Shown here: positions 1 through 9,620 of the stretch, piece by piece
Position numbering within the stretch: position 1 is the stretch's first letter
How the letters are laid out: each line of letters begins with the position of its first letter
Source: Candidatus Pacebacteria bacterium GW2011_GWA1_46_10
GTDB lineage: Bacteria; Patescibacteriota; Microgenomatia; UBA1400; PJMF01
Reading direction: 5' to 3'
NCBI GenBank assembly: GCA_001002135.1
Contig: LCLP01000001.1
Coordinates: forward strand, 294,274-358,273
DNA length: 64,000 nt
Made by a program: the position numbers and the translations under genes
The notes under the pieces: generated by a model
Database searches by the model: none
What the model was told of the DNA's origin: nothing
The model's input: only the letters and a program-made list of their open reading frames with translations

Positions 1-23
1 GTCTGTACACGCTGGAGCCAATC

Positions 24-833
24 GTGATTGTCTTTTACGAACACTTGGTGGGCACGGTGATTTTACTGCCGACACTTTTTAAAACAGTTTGGACTGATGT
101 CAGAAAAATTTGGCGGTCGTTGGCGTTTGTCTCAGTCTTTAGTGGTTTACTGGGCACACTCTGGTTTACGGCCGCTCTGTTGGCGGTCCAGTTTATTCCT
201 TTTAGCGTGGTCTTTTTACTCCAAAAACTCCAACCAATCTTTGCTATCGGTTCGGCGCGAGTAATACTAAAAGAACAGTTTAGTAAGGACTATCTCAAAT
301 GGGCGGCGCTGGCGCTCATCGCGGCCTATTTTGTGACGTTTCCCACCGGTCGGATACTACTAGCACAACAGGGGAATAATGTCATTGCGGCGCTCTATGC
401 CCTGGGCGCGGCCTTTGGCTGGGGAGTCTCAACCACCTTTTCCAAAAAGATGCTCAAGGTCCTGCCGTCGCAGCAATCAACCGCCGTCCGCTTTGTGGCC
501 ACCACGGGCGTGACCTTACTAGTTTTATTGGCCACCTTAGGCTTGGGCGGCTTGGCGGTGCCGACAATTTCTCAGTGGGGGCGGTTTATTTTTATTGCCC
601 TTTCGACCGGCATGGTGGCGCTGATGATTTACTACCGCGGGTTAAAAACGACACCAGTGCGGGTCTCGACAATCATGGAATTGGTTTTTCCACTGCTAGC
701 GGTCTTTATTGACGCGGTGGTGTACCGGACTATCCTAGCGCCAACGCAATATGCAGCGGCGGCGGTGTTACTGTTGGCTGCTGCCAGAGTTGCGAAGACT
801 GTCGAGAATCGGCAACAAGTCGTTGAGGGTTGA
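24..833 (+). CDS. DMT/EamA-like multi-TM transporter (5' end may extend beyond window)
   Basis: About 10 predicted TM helices and EamA-like repeated hydrophobic architecture. The reading frame is open back to the window edge. Confidence 0.55.
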   Translation: MIVFYEHLVGTVILLPTLFKTVWTDVRKIWRSLAFVSVFSGLLGTLWFTAALLAVQFIPFSVVFLLQKLQPIFAIGSARVILKEQFSKDYLKWAALALIAAYFVTFPTGRILLAQQGNNVIAALYALGAAFGWGVSTTFSKKMLKVLPSQQSTAVRFVATTGVTLLVLLATLGLGGLAVPTISQWGRFIFIALSTGMVALMIYYRGLKTTPVRVSTIMELVFPLLAVFIDAVVYRTILAPTQYAAAAVLLLAAARVAKTVENRQQVVEG

Positions 834-1412
834 GAGGGTATATTCGCCAACATGGTTGGCACGCTCTCTAACGATGTGCAGCGGGATGACATGAGGGAAC
901 GTTTCCAAAAAAGCGATGATGCCTGGTTTGTCATCGATGATGATGGTATTTTCCGGAAGGTTTTCGATGATGGCTGGATCAGCTTTTTCGCGTTTGATGT
1001 ACCGGTGATTTTTGTCAAAAAATTCCAACAAGTTATTAGCCAACATTTTGTGCTCTTGCCAGGCTAACTCACCCTGAGAATAGAGGCCGAGGGTGTAGCC
1101 TTGGTGGCGCAGTTTAGAGAGCACGTCAACTACTTCTGGATAGAGCGCTTGTTGAAAACGGCTGGGCTCGTAAAAAGCATCGCGCAGTGGTTCGATCGGG
1201 GTATGAAAGCGCTGGCTGAAAAGTTTGAGCAGTTCTTCCGGATGGAAGGCGGTATTGTCCGGCAAGTTACTGCCATATTCCAAAAAAGCATCAGCAACCT
1301 CATCTTCACTGCGTCCAAGTAATTGAGCCAGATTTTGCTTTAATAACGCTCGGAGTCTATCGGTGTCAATCAGCGTCTTGTCGATGTCAAAGAGGATGAG
1401 TGGTTTTGGCAT
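768..1412 (-). CDS. HAD-superfamily hydrolase
   Basis: N-terminal FDIDKTL (DxDxT) motif and a C-terminal IIDDKP-like motif. Convergent 66-bp overlap with the previous gene. Confidence 0.7.
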   Translation of the reverse strand: MPKPLILFDIDKTLIDTDRLRALLKQNLAQLLGRSEDEVADAFLEYGSNLPDNTAFHPEELLKLFSQRFHTPIEPLRDAFYEPSRFQQALYPEVVDVLSKLRHQGYTLGLYSQGELAWQEHKMLANNLLEFFDKNHRYIKREKADPAIIENLPENTIIIDDKPGIIAFLETFPHVIPLHIVRERANHVGEYTLSTLNDLLPILDSLRNSGSSQQ

Positions 1413-1449
1413 GGTAGGGTGGCTGGTGGGTTTACCAAAATCATTATAA

Positions 1450-3177
1450 ATGGTGCTGGCTTGCCTGTCTCTTTCACCAAGCTATTTGATGACGTATTAT
1501 GAGTGTATGACTGAGTCAGTCAAACCACATATTCGCAATACCCCTTTTCCTCAAAACACTCAGCCATATAGCGGTAAAAAACCAGTCGTTTTGGTGATTT
1601 TGGATGGCTGGGGCATCGGGCCGGAGTATGAGGGTAACGCGGTCACCTTGGCTAATACCCCCCACATAGATCGACTGTGGCAAGAGTATCCCCATACCCA
1701 GCTGGGCGCCAGCGGTGAGTCGGTCGGTTTACCCAAGGGTGTAGATGGCAATTCGGAGACGGGTCACCTGAATATCGGTGCCGGTCGAGTGGTCTGGCAG
1801 AGTTTATCGCGGGTAGATAAAGCGATTGAGGATGGCAGTTTTTTCCAAAATGAAGTGTTGTTGGGCGCGATTGAGCACGCGAAGAAAAATAATTCACGAC
1901 TGCATTTGGTTGGCTTGGTTGGCCCGGGTTTTGTGCACTCCAATACGGAGCACCTGATCGCTCTTTTAAAGTTGGCCAAAGACCAGCACTTTACCAACGT
2001 GGCCGTGCACGCTTTTACTGATGGTCGCGACTCGGCGCCAACGGCTGGAATGCAGTCCCTGAGCGAGTTGGAGCAAACCATGCAGCAGTTGGGGGTAGGC
2101 AAGCTGGCCAGTATTGCTGGTCGTTTCTACGGCATGGATCGCGATCGCAATTGGGAGAGAACCCAACAAGCCTTTGAAATGCTGACGGTTGGTAAAGGGA
2201 TTCAGACCACTGACTGGCGGAAAACTCTCCAAGAGTCGTACGATCAGAAAGACACTGATGAGTTTGTGTTGCCGATGGTCATGGTTGATCAAGCCGGCCA
2301 ACCAACGATTATCGAGGATCATGATGCGGTGGTTTTCTTTAACTTCCGGGTCGATCGGCCACGTCAATTAACCTGGGCGTTTGTACTGCCGGACTTTGAG
2401 TATCGGGACCTGATGGGCAGTAGTTCCGGTCGGCCGGTTGATTTTAATCAGATAGATCAGTCAAAAATCGTGAATTTCAAACGAGTGAAAGTGCCGCAAG
2501 GCGTGTACTTTGCCACCATGACGGATTATGACAAAGATTTAACGAATCCCAAGGCCTTTGCCAAAGAAGATGTTGAAAACAACCTGGGGTTGGTGTTGTC
2601 ACAAGCCGGGGTGCGTCAATACCGGACGACTGAAACCGAAAAAGAAAAAATGGTCACCTACTACATTGACGGTAAATCGGAAACGCCGTACCCTGGTGAA
2701 TATTGGGCCATCTTCCCGTCCAAAAAGGTACGAACCTATGCGGAAAAGCCGGCTATGACGGCGGTCGAGATTACCGATGAGTTGGTGAAGCAAATTCACG
2801 ATGATCAATTTGACGCGGCGATCGTCAACCTGTGTAACGGCGATATGGTTGGCCACACTGGTGACTTGCAGGCTGGAATCAAAGCCTGCGAAACGGTGGA
2901 TCAGCAGCTTGGCCGCATTGTTGAGGCAATCAATGCCAAGCGCGGTATCTTGATCATCACCGCTGATCACGGCAACGTGGAGGAAATGATTGATCAGCAA
3001 ACTGGTGGCATTGATACCAAACACTCGATTTATCCAGTGCCGTTGATCGTGGTTGGCAGTGATTTGCAAGGTGCGCCAGAATTGCCGACCGGTGTGCTGG
3101 GTGACGTGGCGCCGACGATGTTAAAGCTGATGAATATTCCTCAGCCAGCAGAAATGACGGGCAAAAGCCTTATCTAA
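1450..3177 (+). CDS. gpmI: 2,3-bisphosphoglycerate-independent phosphoglycerate mutase
   Basis: KKPVVLVILDGWGIG N-terminal signature with iPGM length and layout. The true start is probably an internal Met, e.g. near 1507. Confidence 0.9.
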   Translation: MVLACLSLSPSYLMTYYECMTESVKPHIRNTPFPQNTQPYSGKKPVVLVILDGWGIGPEYEGNAVTLANTPHIDRLWQEYPHTQLGASGESVGLPKGVDGNSETGHLNIGAGRVVWQSLSRVDKAIEDGSFFQNEVLLGAIEHAKKNNSRLHLVGLVGPGFVHSNTEHLIALLKLAKDQHFTNVAVHAFTDGRDSAPTAGMQSLSELEQTMQQLGVGKLASIAGRFYGMDRDRNWERTQQAFEMLTVGKGIQTTDWRKTLQESYDQKDTDEFVLPMVMVDQAGQPTIIEDHDAVVFFNFRVDRPRQLTWAFVLPDFEYRDLMGSSSGRPVDFNQIDQSKIVNFKRVKVPQGVYFATMTDYDKDLTNPKAFAKEDVENNLGLVLSQAGVRQYRTTETEKEKMVTYYIDGKSETPYPGEYWAIFPSKKVRTYAEKPAMTAVEITDELVKQIHDDQFDAAIVNLCNGDMVGHTGDLQAGIKACETVDQQLGRIVEAINAKRGILIITADHGNVEEMIDQQTGGIDTKHSIYPVPLIVVGSDLQGAPELPTGVLGDVAPTMLKLMNIPQPAEMTGKSLI

Positions 3178-3178
3178 T

Positions 3179-3730
3179 ATGAAAGCCCAAAAACCTCTCA
3201 TTCAACAACTTACTTCAAAAGTGGTTTACAAAAATCCTTGGATTACCGTTAAAGAAGATACAGTTCGTTGGCCTAGCGGCAAAGAGGGAATCTATGGGTA
3301 TGTTGAAATTCCTAAAACGGTGGGGATAGTAGCGCTTGATGATGAACAGAATGTTTTTTTGTGTCAACAATACCGATATATTTTTCAACAGTTTAATTGG
3401 GAAATTCCCCGCGGATTTGTCAATCAAGGAGAAACCACACTGGAGGCGGCAAAGCGCGAATTACAGGAAGAAGCGGGGGTGACTGTTCAAGATATGGAGC
3501 CGCTTGGGTTTATGTGGCAATCGGTTGGCTTAATTAATGAGGAAGCACACCTTTTTCTGGCTCATCATATTAAAGCGTTTCAACCCAAGCAAGTCGATTC
3601 GGATGAAATTAAGAAAGTGGCAAAGTTTCCTCTGGAAGAAGTGGTGGAAAAAATTAAAGCGAATGAAATTACAGATGGATTAACAGTTGGGGCGGTATTG
3701 AAAGCCTATGAATTTTTGAAATCTCGTTAG
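3179..3730 (+). CDS. NUDIX hydrolase (ADP-ribose pyrophosphatase-like)
   Basis: Nudix box GETTLEAAKRELQEEAGV. Confidence 0.8.
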   Translation: MKAQKPLIQQLTSKVVYKNPWITVKEDTVRWPSGKEGIYGYVEIPKTVGIVALDDEQNVFLCQQYRYIFQQFNWEIPRGFVNQGETTLEAAKRELQEEAGVTVQDMEPLGFMWQSVGLINEEAHLFLAHHIKAFQPKQVDSDEIKKVAKFPLEEVVEKIKANEITDGLTVGAVLKAYEFLKSR

Positions 3731-3779
3731 TCATATTTTCGCCCTTTCTTCGGTTTCTCAAATGGTGTAATCTCAATGC

Positions 3780-4973
3780 ATGGACATACCGCTGGCTGCT
3801 CGAATTCGCCCGAAAAATCTTGATGAATTTGTTGGCCAAACCCACTTGGTCGGTGAAGACAAACCCCTTCGCAAAGCCTTGGAACTCGGCGTCATTTCCA
3901 GCATGATTTTTTGGGGTCCGCCGGGAGTGGGGAAAACGACCATGGCCAAGATTTTGGCGCGCCAAACGGGCCATGAGTTTGTCGAAATGTCGGCGGTCAG
4001 CGCCGGTAAGGCTGATGTCAGGAAAGTGGTTGAGGAAACCAAACGCCAACGCCAGTTGGGCGAGCAATACTCTGCTCCCGTTTTATTTCTGGATGAAATT
4101 CATCGCTTCAACAAAGCCCAGCAGGATTATTTACTGCCGTATGTCGAAGACGGCACCATTATTCTGATCGGGGCCACCACCGAGAATCCCAGTTTTAACG
4201 TCATTTCGCCGCTGCTTTCCAGAACTCGGGTTTACGTACTGAAAAACTTGACCGATGAAGAAATGGTGAAGGTGCTCAATCAAGCCTTGAAGTTTTTAAA
4301 AAAAGAAAATAAGCGCGCTAAGTTGACTGTTACTAAGGAGGCTAAGGACTGGCTGTTGCGTTTCGCCGACGGTGACGCCCGTCAACTACTGACGATCATC
4401 GAGCACTCGCTGGACTTGTATAAAAATCTTTCGCTTGATTCGCTGAAAAACGCTCTGCAGTCCCAACACTTGCGCTACGACAAGAAAGGCGAGGAACACT
4501 ACAACACCATCAGCGCGTTTATCAAGTCGATGCGCGCCAGTGATCCGGATGCCGCGGTCTATTATCTAACTCGGATGGTGGAATCAGGTGAAGATCCGCT
4601 CTTTATCGCCCGCCGGATGGTAGTTTTTGCCAGTGAAGACATTGGTATGGCTCAGCCTACTGCGCTGGTGGTGGCCAATGCAGTCTTTCAAGCCTGCCAG
4701 ACGATTGGTTATCCAGAGTGTGCCATCAATCTGGCTCATGGGGTAGTGTATTTGGCCACCGCCAAAAAAGACCGGCGGGCTTATGAAGCCCTGCGCGCCG
4801 CGCAGGCCGACGTTACTCAACACGGGAATTTGCCAGTGCCCATGAAGCTGCGCAATCCAGTGACGAGTTTGATGAAGACACAAAACTATGGTAAAGGCTA
4901 CAAGATGTATCCAGAAGGAGAGAGCTCTTTACCAGATAAACTGAGTGGCAAAGAATATTTCAAGAAAAAGTAA
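3780..4973 (+). CDS. rarA: Replication-associated recombination protein A (AAA+ ATPase)
   Basis: PLAARIRP...GPPGVGKTT Walker A and FLDEIHRFNKAQQD. Collinear with E. coli RarA/MgsA. Confidence 0.9.
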   Translation: MDIPLAARIRPKNLDEFVGQTHLVGEDKPLRKALELGVISSMIFWGPPGVGKTTMAKILARQTGHEFVEMSAVSAGKADVRKVVEETKRQRQLGEQYSAPVLFLDEIHRFNKAQQDYLLPYVEDGTIILIGATTENPSFNVISPLLSRTRVYVLKNLTDEEMVKVLNQALKFLKKENKRAKLTVTKEAKDWLLRFADGDARQLLTIIEHSLDLYKNLSLDSLKNALQSQHLRYDKKGEEHYNTISAFIKSMRASDPDAAVYYLTRMVESGEDPLFIARRMVVFASEDIGMAQPTALVVANAVFQACQTIGYPECAINLAHGVVYLATAKKDRRAYEALRAAQADVTQHGNLPVPMKLRNPVTSLMKTQNYGKGYKMYPEGESSLPDKLSGKEYFKKK

Positions 4974-5009
4974 GTGAAGTTTGATATAGTAAGAAAAAGG
5001 GGAATCGTT

Positions 5010-5450
5010 ATGACAGAGAAAAAAAGAGCAACTAAAGAAACAGCGTACGAAACAAGAAGAGCGATCGCGCTATCACTGGTTGGTCAACAATTACCAATCC
5101 GTCAATTTGTCGAAGAAGAAGGGAAAAGACGCCAGATTCCTTTAACTCAACAAACGGTGAAAGTTGATGGTTTGGGAACATTCAGGGTTTTACTAACCCC
5201 CGAAGGAAGTGTCTGGGAAGAAGACACTCCAATCCGGCTGATTGACGAAAGAGAGGAATTTGTTTTGTGGCTTGGTTGGCAGACAACTGACAGTGGTCTC
5301 TGGCCGCAGAATACAGTACTCAAAGTCGAAGAGCTAAATGGGAAAAATCTTGATGAGTACCGTCAAGATACGTTGGAAGCTTGGGCAGAGCGGAAAAAAC
5401 AGAAGGCACAAGAAAAGGCAGAATTTTTAGAGGGAGTTCGCGCTCGTTAA
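5010..5450 (+). CDS. hypothetical protein
   Basis: ORF with a good RBS (aaaaagggg) ahead of the ATG at 5010. No recognisable motif. Confidence 0.45.
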   Translation: MTEKKRATKETAYETRRAIALSLVGQQLPIRQFVEEEGKRRQIPLTQQTVKVDGLGTFRVLLTPEGSVWEEDTPIRLIDEREEFVLWLGWQTTDSGLWPQNTVLKVEELNGKNLDEYRQDTLEAWAERKKQKAQEKAEFLEGVRAR

Positions 5451-5453
5451 TTT

Positions 5454-7751
5454 TTACGTCTCTAATTTAAGCTTGCGCAGTGAAATGGCGTTGATAACCA
5501 CGATCACGCTTGATAAGCTCATCAACAGTGCACCAACTTCCGGGCGCAGTCGAAAACCCCAGGGAATAAATAGGCCAGCCGCCGCCGGGATGGCGACCAC
5601 GTTGTAACCCACCGCCCAGATGAGATTTTCCACCATTTTGCGATAGACTTGGCGCGCTAGGACGACTAACCCAACAATGTCTTGCGGATTGTTGCGCGTC
5701 AATACCACGTCGCCCGCTTCGACCGCCACATCAGTGCCAGCGCCGATGGCTACACCCACGTTAGATTGAGTCAGTGCTGGTGCATCATTGACGCCATCAC
5801 CGACCATCATCACTTTGTTGCCTTTATCTTGCAATTCTTTAATATGTTTATATTTGTTTTCCGGCAGTACGTTGGCAAAGTAGGTATCAATACCTAGTTG
5901 ATCAGCCACCGCCCGAGCCACTGGCTCATTATCACCGGTCAACATGGCGGTTTTTACTCCCAGTTGATGAAGCTGCTTGACCGCGGTTTTTGAGGCTGGT
6001 TTGATCTCATCCCCTAGGGCGAAAGAAGCGACGTGTTTGCCATCTACCCCCACGCCGACTACACTTTCACCGGCTTGACTGTGACGAGTGAGAAACGCGT
6101 CAAGATCGGCACAGAACATCACTTTATTTTCCGCCAGGAAAGCTCGGGTTCCCATCAGTAGTGTGTGGCCATCAACCATGCCGGCAACGCCTTTGCCGGC
6201 GTGATTTTTGAAGTGTTTGACCGGCAGTTTTTTGAGCTTGGTTTTTTGCTGTTTGAGAAACTCGACGATTTGAAGAGCCAGTGGGTGAGTGGAGTGGGAC
6301 TCCAGTGAATAAAAGAGTGACGCGAGGTAATTTTCCAGCGAAGATTTTTTCGTGATTGACCGCTTAACCGCTTTGCCGGCGGCCATGAGATTTTCCATGA
6401 ACTTAAACTCCTTGACTGTAAATTTACCCGAAGTCAGAGTGCCGGTTTTGTCCAATACTATGTAGTCGATATTTTTGACGACCTCCAGTTTCGCCAGGTC
6501 TTTGACAAACAAACCGTTTTTCACTGCCAGCGTAGTGGCAATGGTGGAGACGGTGGGAATGGCCAGGCCCAGTGCATGCGGACAAGCAATGACGAGGACA
6601 GTAATGGCCAGGGTGATAGCAAATACTATTGACTCACCAATCAAAAACGACCATACCACAATAGTGATGAGGGCGACAGTTATGGCCGCAAATGTCAGTA
6701 CTTTGGCGGCTTGGTCGGCGATTTTTTGTGCTGTTGGCTTGGTCTGTTTGGCTGCCGCGACCAGCTGCTGAATTTGCCCGATCGTCGAGTTTTCACCAAC
6801 CTTAGTGAGTTTCACCTGCACCGAACTGTCCAGGCAAATCGCGCCAGCTATCACTTGATCACCCTCTTTTTTGGTGACTGGTTTTGATTCACCGCTGATG
6901 TGGGCCTCATTGAAATCAGCCGAGCCGTCAAGGATAACACCATCGGCCGGCACTTTTTCCCCAGGTTTAATGATGACCACGTCGTTCGCTTTTAATTCAG
7001 TCACAGCGACATCGCGTTCTTTGCCTTTGATCAGCAAGTGGGCTTGTTTGGGCAGTAACTTGGCTACCTCATCCAAGACATCACCAGCGGTGACACTGGA
7101 TCGGGCTTCCAAGTAGTGGCCAAACAGCAAGACCCAGACTAAAGTCGAGATTTCTACATAAAACTCCACGTCAAGTACCGGCAAGAAGGTGGAAGCAGCA
7201 GAAAAGAGGTACCCTGCGCCCACTGCCAGTGAAACGAGGGTCATCATCCCGTACTGACGGGCCATAATTTCGTGACGCGCGTGTTGGAAAAACACGAGGG
7301 CGAAACCAAAAATTGCTGTGGCGATGGCAAACTGAATGTAACCGCGCAGGGCAAAATCAGCAACGCCGAGCATATTCAGTCCGGTTGATGTCAGCAACAA
7401 TAATGGGACTAATAACACGGTTACCGCCCAGAACCGACGCAGAAAATCGGCCACCGCACCGGGGCTGCTCATGTGGCCGGTGTGACCGGCGTGATCCATG
7501 TGGGCCATCGGTTGCGTTGAAGATTCTTTCATCAGCACCAAGTTCATGCCGCACTGCGGACAACTGCCGGGTTTATCGCTTTTTACATCAGGATGCATCG
7601 GACAGGTATACATGGCTTGATTCTCGTGTTGGTGTTTATGATCATTATAATCTTCGTGTTGAGAGTGTTGGTGAATTTCACTGTTATGACCCTCGTGGTC
7701 GTGGCCGCAATGATCATGATGTTGGTGGTTACTAGAAGAACAACAGTTCAT
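5454..7751 (-). CDS. copB: Heavy-metal (copper) translocating P1B-type ATPase, CopB-like
   Basis: DKTGTLT phosphorylation site, CPH transmembrane metal motif (IACPHALG), GDGVNDAPAL hinge. His-rich N-terminus plus a YTCPMHP...CPQCGM metal-binding segment. Confidence 0.9.
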   Translation of the reverse strand: MNCCSSSNHQHHDHCGHDHEGHNSEIHQHSQHEDYNDHKHQHENQAMYTCPMHPDVKSDKPGSCPQCGMNLVLMKESSTQPMAHMDHAGHTGHMSSPGAVADFLRRFWAVTVLLVPLLLLTSTGLNMLGVADFALRGYIQFAIATAIFGFALVFFQHARHEIMARQYGMMTLVSLAVGAGYLFSAASTFLPVLDVEFYVEISTLVWVLLFGHYLEARSSVTAGDVLDEVAKLLPKQAHLLIKGKERDVAVTELKANDVVIIKPGEKVPADGVILDGSADFNEAHISGESKPVTKKEGDQVIAGAICLDSSVQVKLTKVGENSTIGQIQQLVAAAKQTKPTAQKIADQAAKVLTFAAITVALITIVVWSFLIGESIVFAITLAITVLVIACPHALGLAIPTVSTIATTLAVKNGLFVKDLAKLEVVKNIDYIVLDKTGTLTSGKFTVKEFKFMENLMAAGKAVKRSITKKSSLENYLASLFYSLESHSTHPLALQIVEFLKQQKTKLKKLPVKHFKNHAGKGVAGMVDGHTLLMGTRAFLAENKVMFCADLDAFLTRHSQAGESVVGVGVDGKHVASFALGDEIKPASKTAVKQLHQLGVKTAMLTGDNEPVARAVADQLGIDTYFANVLPENKYKHIKELQDKGNKVMMVGDGVNDAPALTQSNVGVAIGAGTDVAVEAGDVVLTRNNPQDIVGLVVLARQVYRKMVENLIWAVGYNVVAIPAAAGLFIPWGFRLRPEVGALLMSLSSVIVVINAISLRKLKLET

Positions 7752-8599
7752 TAGTTTCCTTTTCCTTTGAAAACCCGTTGGACAAATTTATAGAGCAAAA
7801 ATGCACCTAAGAATGTGAAAATAAGATCAATTCCAGGAATTGTACTGAGTGTATCGGTCAAACTCCAAGCTACATTATTAATCGATTTGGCGACTGCTGC
7901 CTCGGTCGCGCTCATGCCTAATCGGCCAATCGAGTTGAGGTACAGCATAAGCGTGCCAGTAATCAGGAAAATGGCGGTGGCAATAATGTTAGCCACAAAG
8001 ATAAAGTATGTTTTGCCAAACAGAGTGACGGTAGTGACTTTTCGTTTGAGGAGTGGTCGTTCTAAAAGATTACATTGGTCGATAAACAGCGAAGCTAGAT
8101 ACAGCGGGGTAACCATGCCTAAAACATACACCGCGCCCACACCCAATGATGTCAGTACTGTTGGACTGAGTGAACTTAAGGCGAGTACGCCGACCAGCAC
8201 CGGCGCGCAGCAGGCGGAAGTAATGCCGGCAAACATCCCAAGCACAAAGGTTGACCAGACATCATTTTTTTGCTGCTTTTGGCGCACTGTCAACATTGGC
8301 ATCGGCAGTTTGATGCCCAAAAAAGCCAGTACCGCCACTGCTAACATCACTAAACCACCGATAAAGTAGGTTTGATCATGGAGGTTGAAAAACAGTGAAG
8401 CCAAGGCTTTGGCTCCCAAAACGACTGGTAGTAATACGACCAGGATGCCCAGTGAATACACCAGCGTCATGAAGAGTACCTGCTTGCGCTCTTTAAAGAT
8501 ATTTCCTAGATACGCTGGCAATAAGTAAGAAATACAACAAGGGGCAAATAAAGCCACCATGCCGGCCAGATACGCGGCTACGAGCGAGATTTGATACAT
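7751..8599 (-). CDS. ccdA: Cytochrome c biogenesis / thiol-disulfide electron transporter CcdA (DsbD family)
   Basis: Six-TM protein with paired Cys motifs LFAPCCISY and SACCAPVL. Start overlaps the copB stop. Confidence 0.8.
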   Translation of the reverse strand: MYQISLVAAYLAGMVALFAPCCISYLLPAYLGNIFKERKQVLFMTLVYSLGILVVLLPVVLGAKALASLFFNLHDQTYFIGGLVMLAVAVLAFLGIKLPMPMLTVRQKQQKNDVWSTFVLGMFAGITSACCAPVLVGVLALSSLSPTVLTSLGVGAVYVLGMVTPLYLASLFIDQCNLLERPLLKRKVTTVTLFGKTYFIFVANIIATAIFLITGTLMLYLNSIGRLGMSATEAAVAKSINNVAWSLTDTLSTIPGIDLIFTFLGAFLLYKFVQRVFKGKGN

Positions 8600-8617
8600 A
8601 GTCTGTTTTAACCAGCC

Positions 8618-8884
8618 TTATTTTGTCGAATGGGTTTTCTGGGCAATCACTCCAAAGATCCAGCCCATGACGTAACCCATCACAAACGCGCTGGCAATTC
8701 CCAGCAAGGCGTTTGCCAAACTAAAGCTCTCAAGCTCATAGGTGACAGTGACAAAGTGTAATCTTTGCACCCACTCAAACCAAACCCTGCCCAGACCGAT
8801 CATCATCGCCACCACCCAAATGGTATGGTAGGCGGCAAAGGCTGTGCCCAGGGTGAGCCCTGCTTGTTTTGGAGAAACGTGCAT
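8618..8884 (-). CDS. small 2-TM membrane protein, hypothetical
   Basis: ORF within the operon between ccdA and the rhodanese gene. Hydrophobic. Confidence 0.4.
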   Translation of the reverse strand: MHVSPKQAGLTLGTAFAAYHTIWVVAMMIGLGRVWFEWVQRLHFVTVTYELESFSLANALLGIASAFVMGYVMGWIFGVIAQKTHSTK

Positions 8885-8899
8885 CTTCCCTCCTTTTTA

Positions 8900-9619
8900 C
8901 TACTTTTTAACTACTACCGCTCGGATTTCCGCTGTTAAGTGATCAAAATTAGGGTTATCAGTATCCAAATAAATAGTACGGGTAACAGTTCCTAAATCAG
9001 TATCGTCCTTGTGCACGGCCGGATCAAAAGTAACAGTGATCGTCGTGGCTTCGTATGGCTCGAGGTTCATTTTAGCTGCAGTGGCTTTCGTACAGCCGCA
9101 AGAGGTCGAAAGGCGAGTGATGGTGAGAGGTGTGCTAGTAAAGTTGGTTAAGGTAAATTCCGTAGTGGCAACATCACCATAGATAACGGTCCCCAAGTCT
9201 TGACTGGCTGGCGTCAAATCCACTAAGACATGGCTTTCTTTATAGGCGTTAATGCCGCCTACCAAGTCGTAAATATTAGTATAGCCGAGTTGGGCCAGTG
9301 TTTGGCTGGCTTCCTGGCTCATTGAGCCTGACCGGCAATAGACGGCTATCGGGGTATTTTTATCTGTTGGTAATTGGTCAAGGTTCTCCGTTAACTCATT
9401 ATAAGGAATAAAAGCATCTGTATTTGGCAGATGAGTTTGTTCAGGGATGTGGACGTCCAGCACAAACACATCTGGTTGATTGAGTAGCTTGCCGAATTCC
9501 AGGGCGTTTAAGCTGACTATTTGGTTTTGGGTGGCATTTTGAGGACTTGGTTTTTGGGTCAAGAACCACCCCATTACCCCCAAAATGATGATGCCGATGA
9601 CCAATACAATTTTCTGCAT
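8900..9619 (-). CDS. Rhodanese-domain + DUF1573-domain fusion protein (extracytoplasmic)
   Basis: N-terminal TM segment, rhodanese active-site loop YCRSGSMS, and C-terminal DUF1573 hallmark STSCGCT. Start taken at MQKIV (ATG at 9619), directly abutting the stop of the upstream gene. Confidence 0.7.
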   Translation of the reverse strand: MQKIVLVIGIIILGVMGWFLTQKPSPQNATQNQIVSLNALEFGKLLNQPDVFVLDVHIPEQTHLPNTDAFIPYNELTENLDQLPTDKNTPIAVYCRSGSMSQEASQTLAQLGYTNIYDLVGGINAYKESHVLVDLTPASQDLGTVIYGDVATTEFTLTNFTSTPLTITRLSTSCGCTKATAAKMNLEPYEATTITVTFDPAVHKDDTDLGTVTRTIYLDTDNPNFDHLTAEIRAVVVKK

Positions 9620-9620
9620 G

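Noticed and set aside
5682-7735. Several 70-140-aa + strand ORFs inside copB
   Set aside because: Antisense to a strongly supported P-type ATPase gene with full motif complement. No independent signals.
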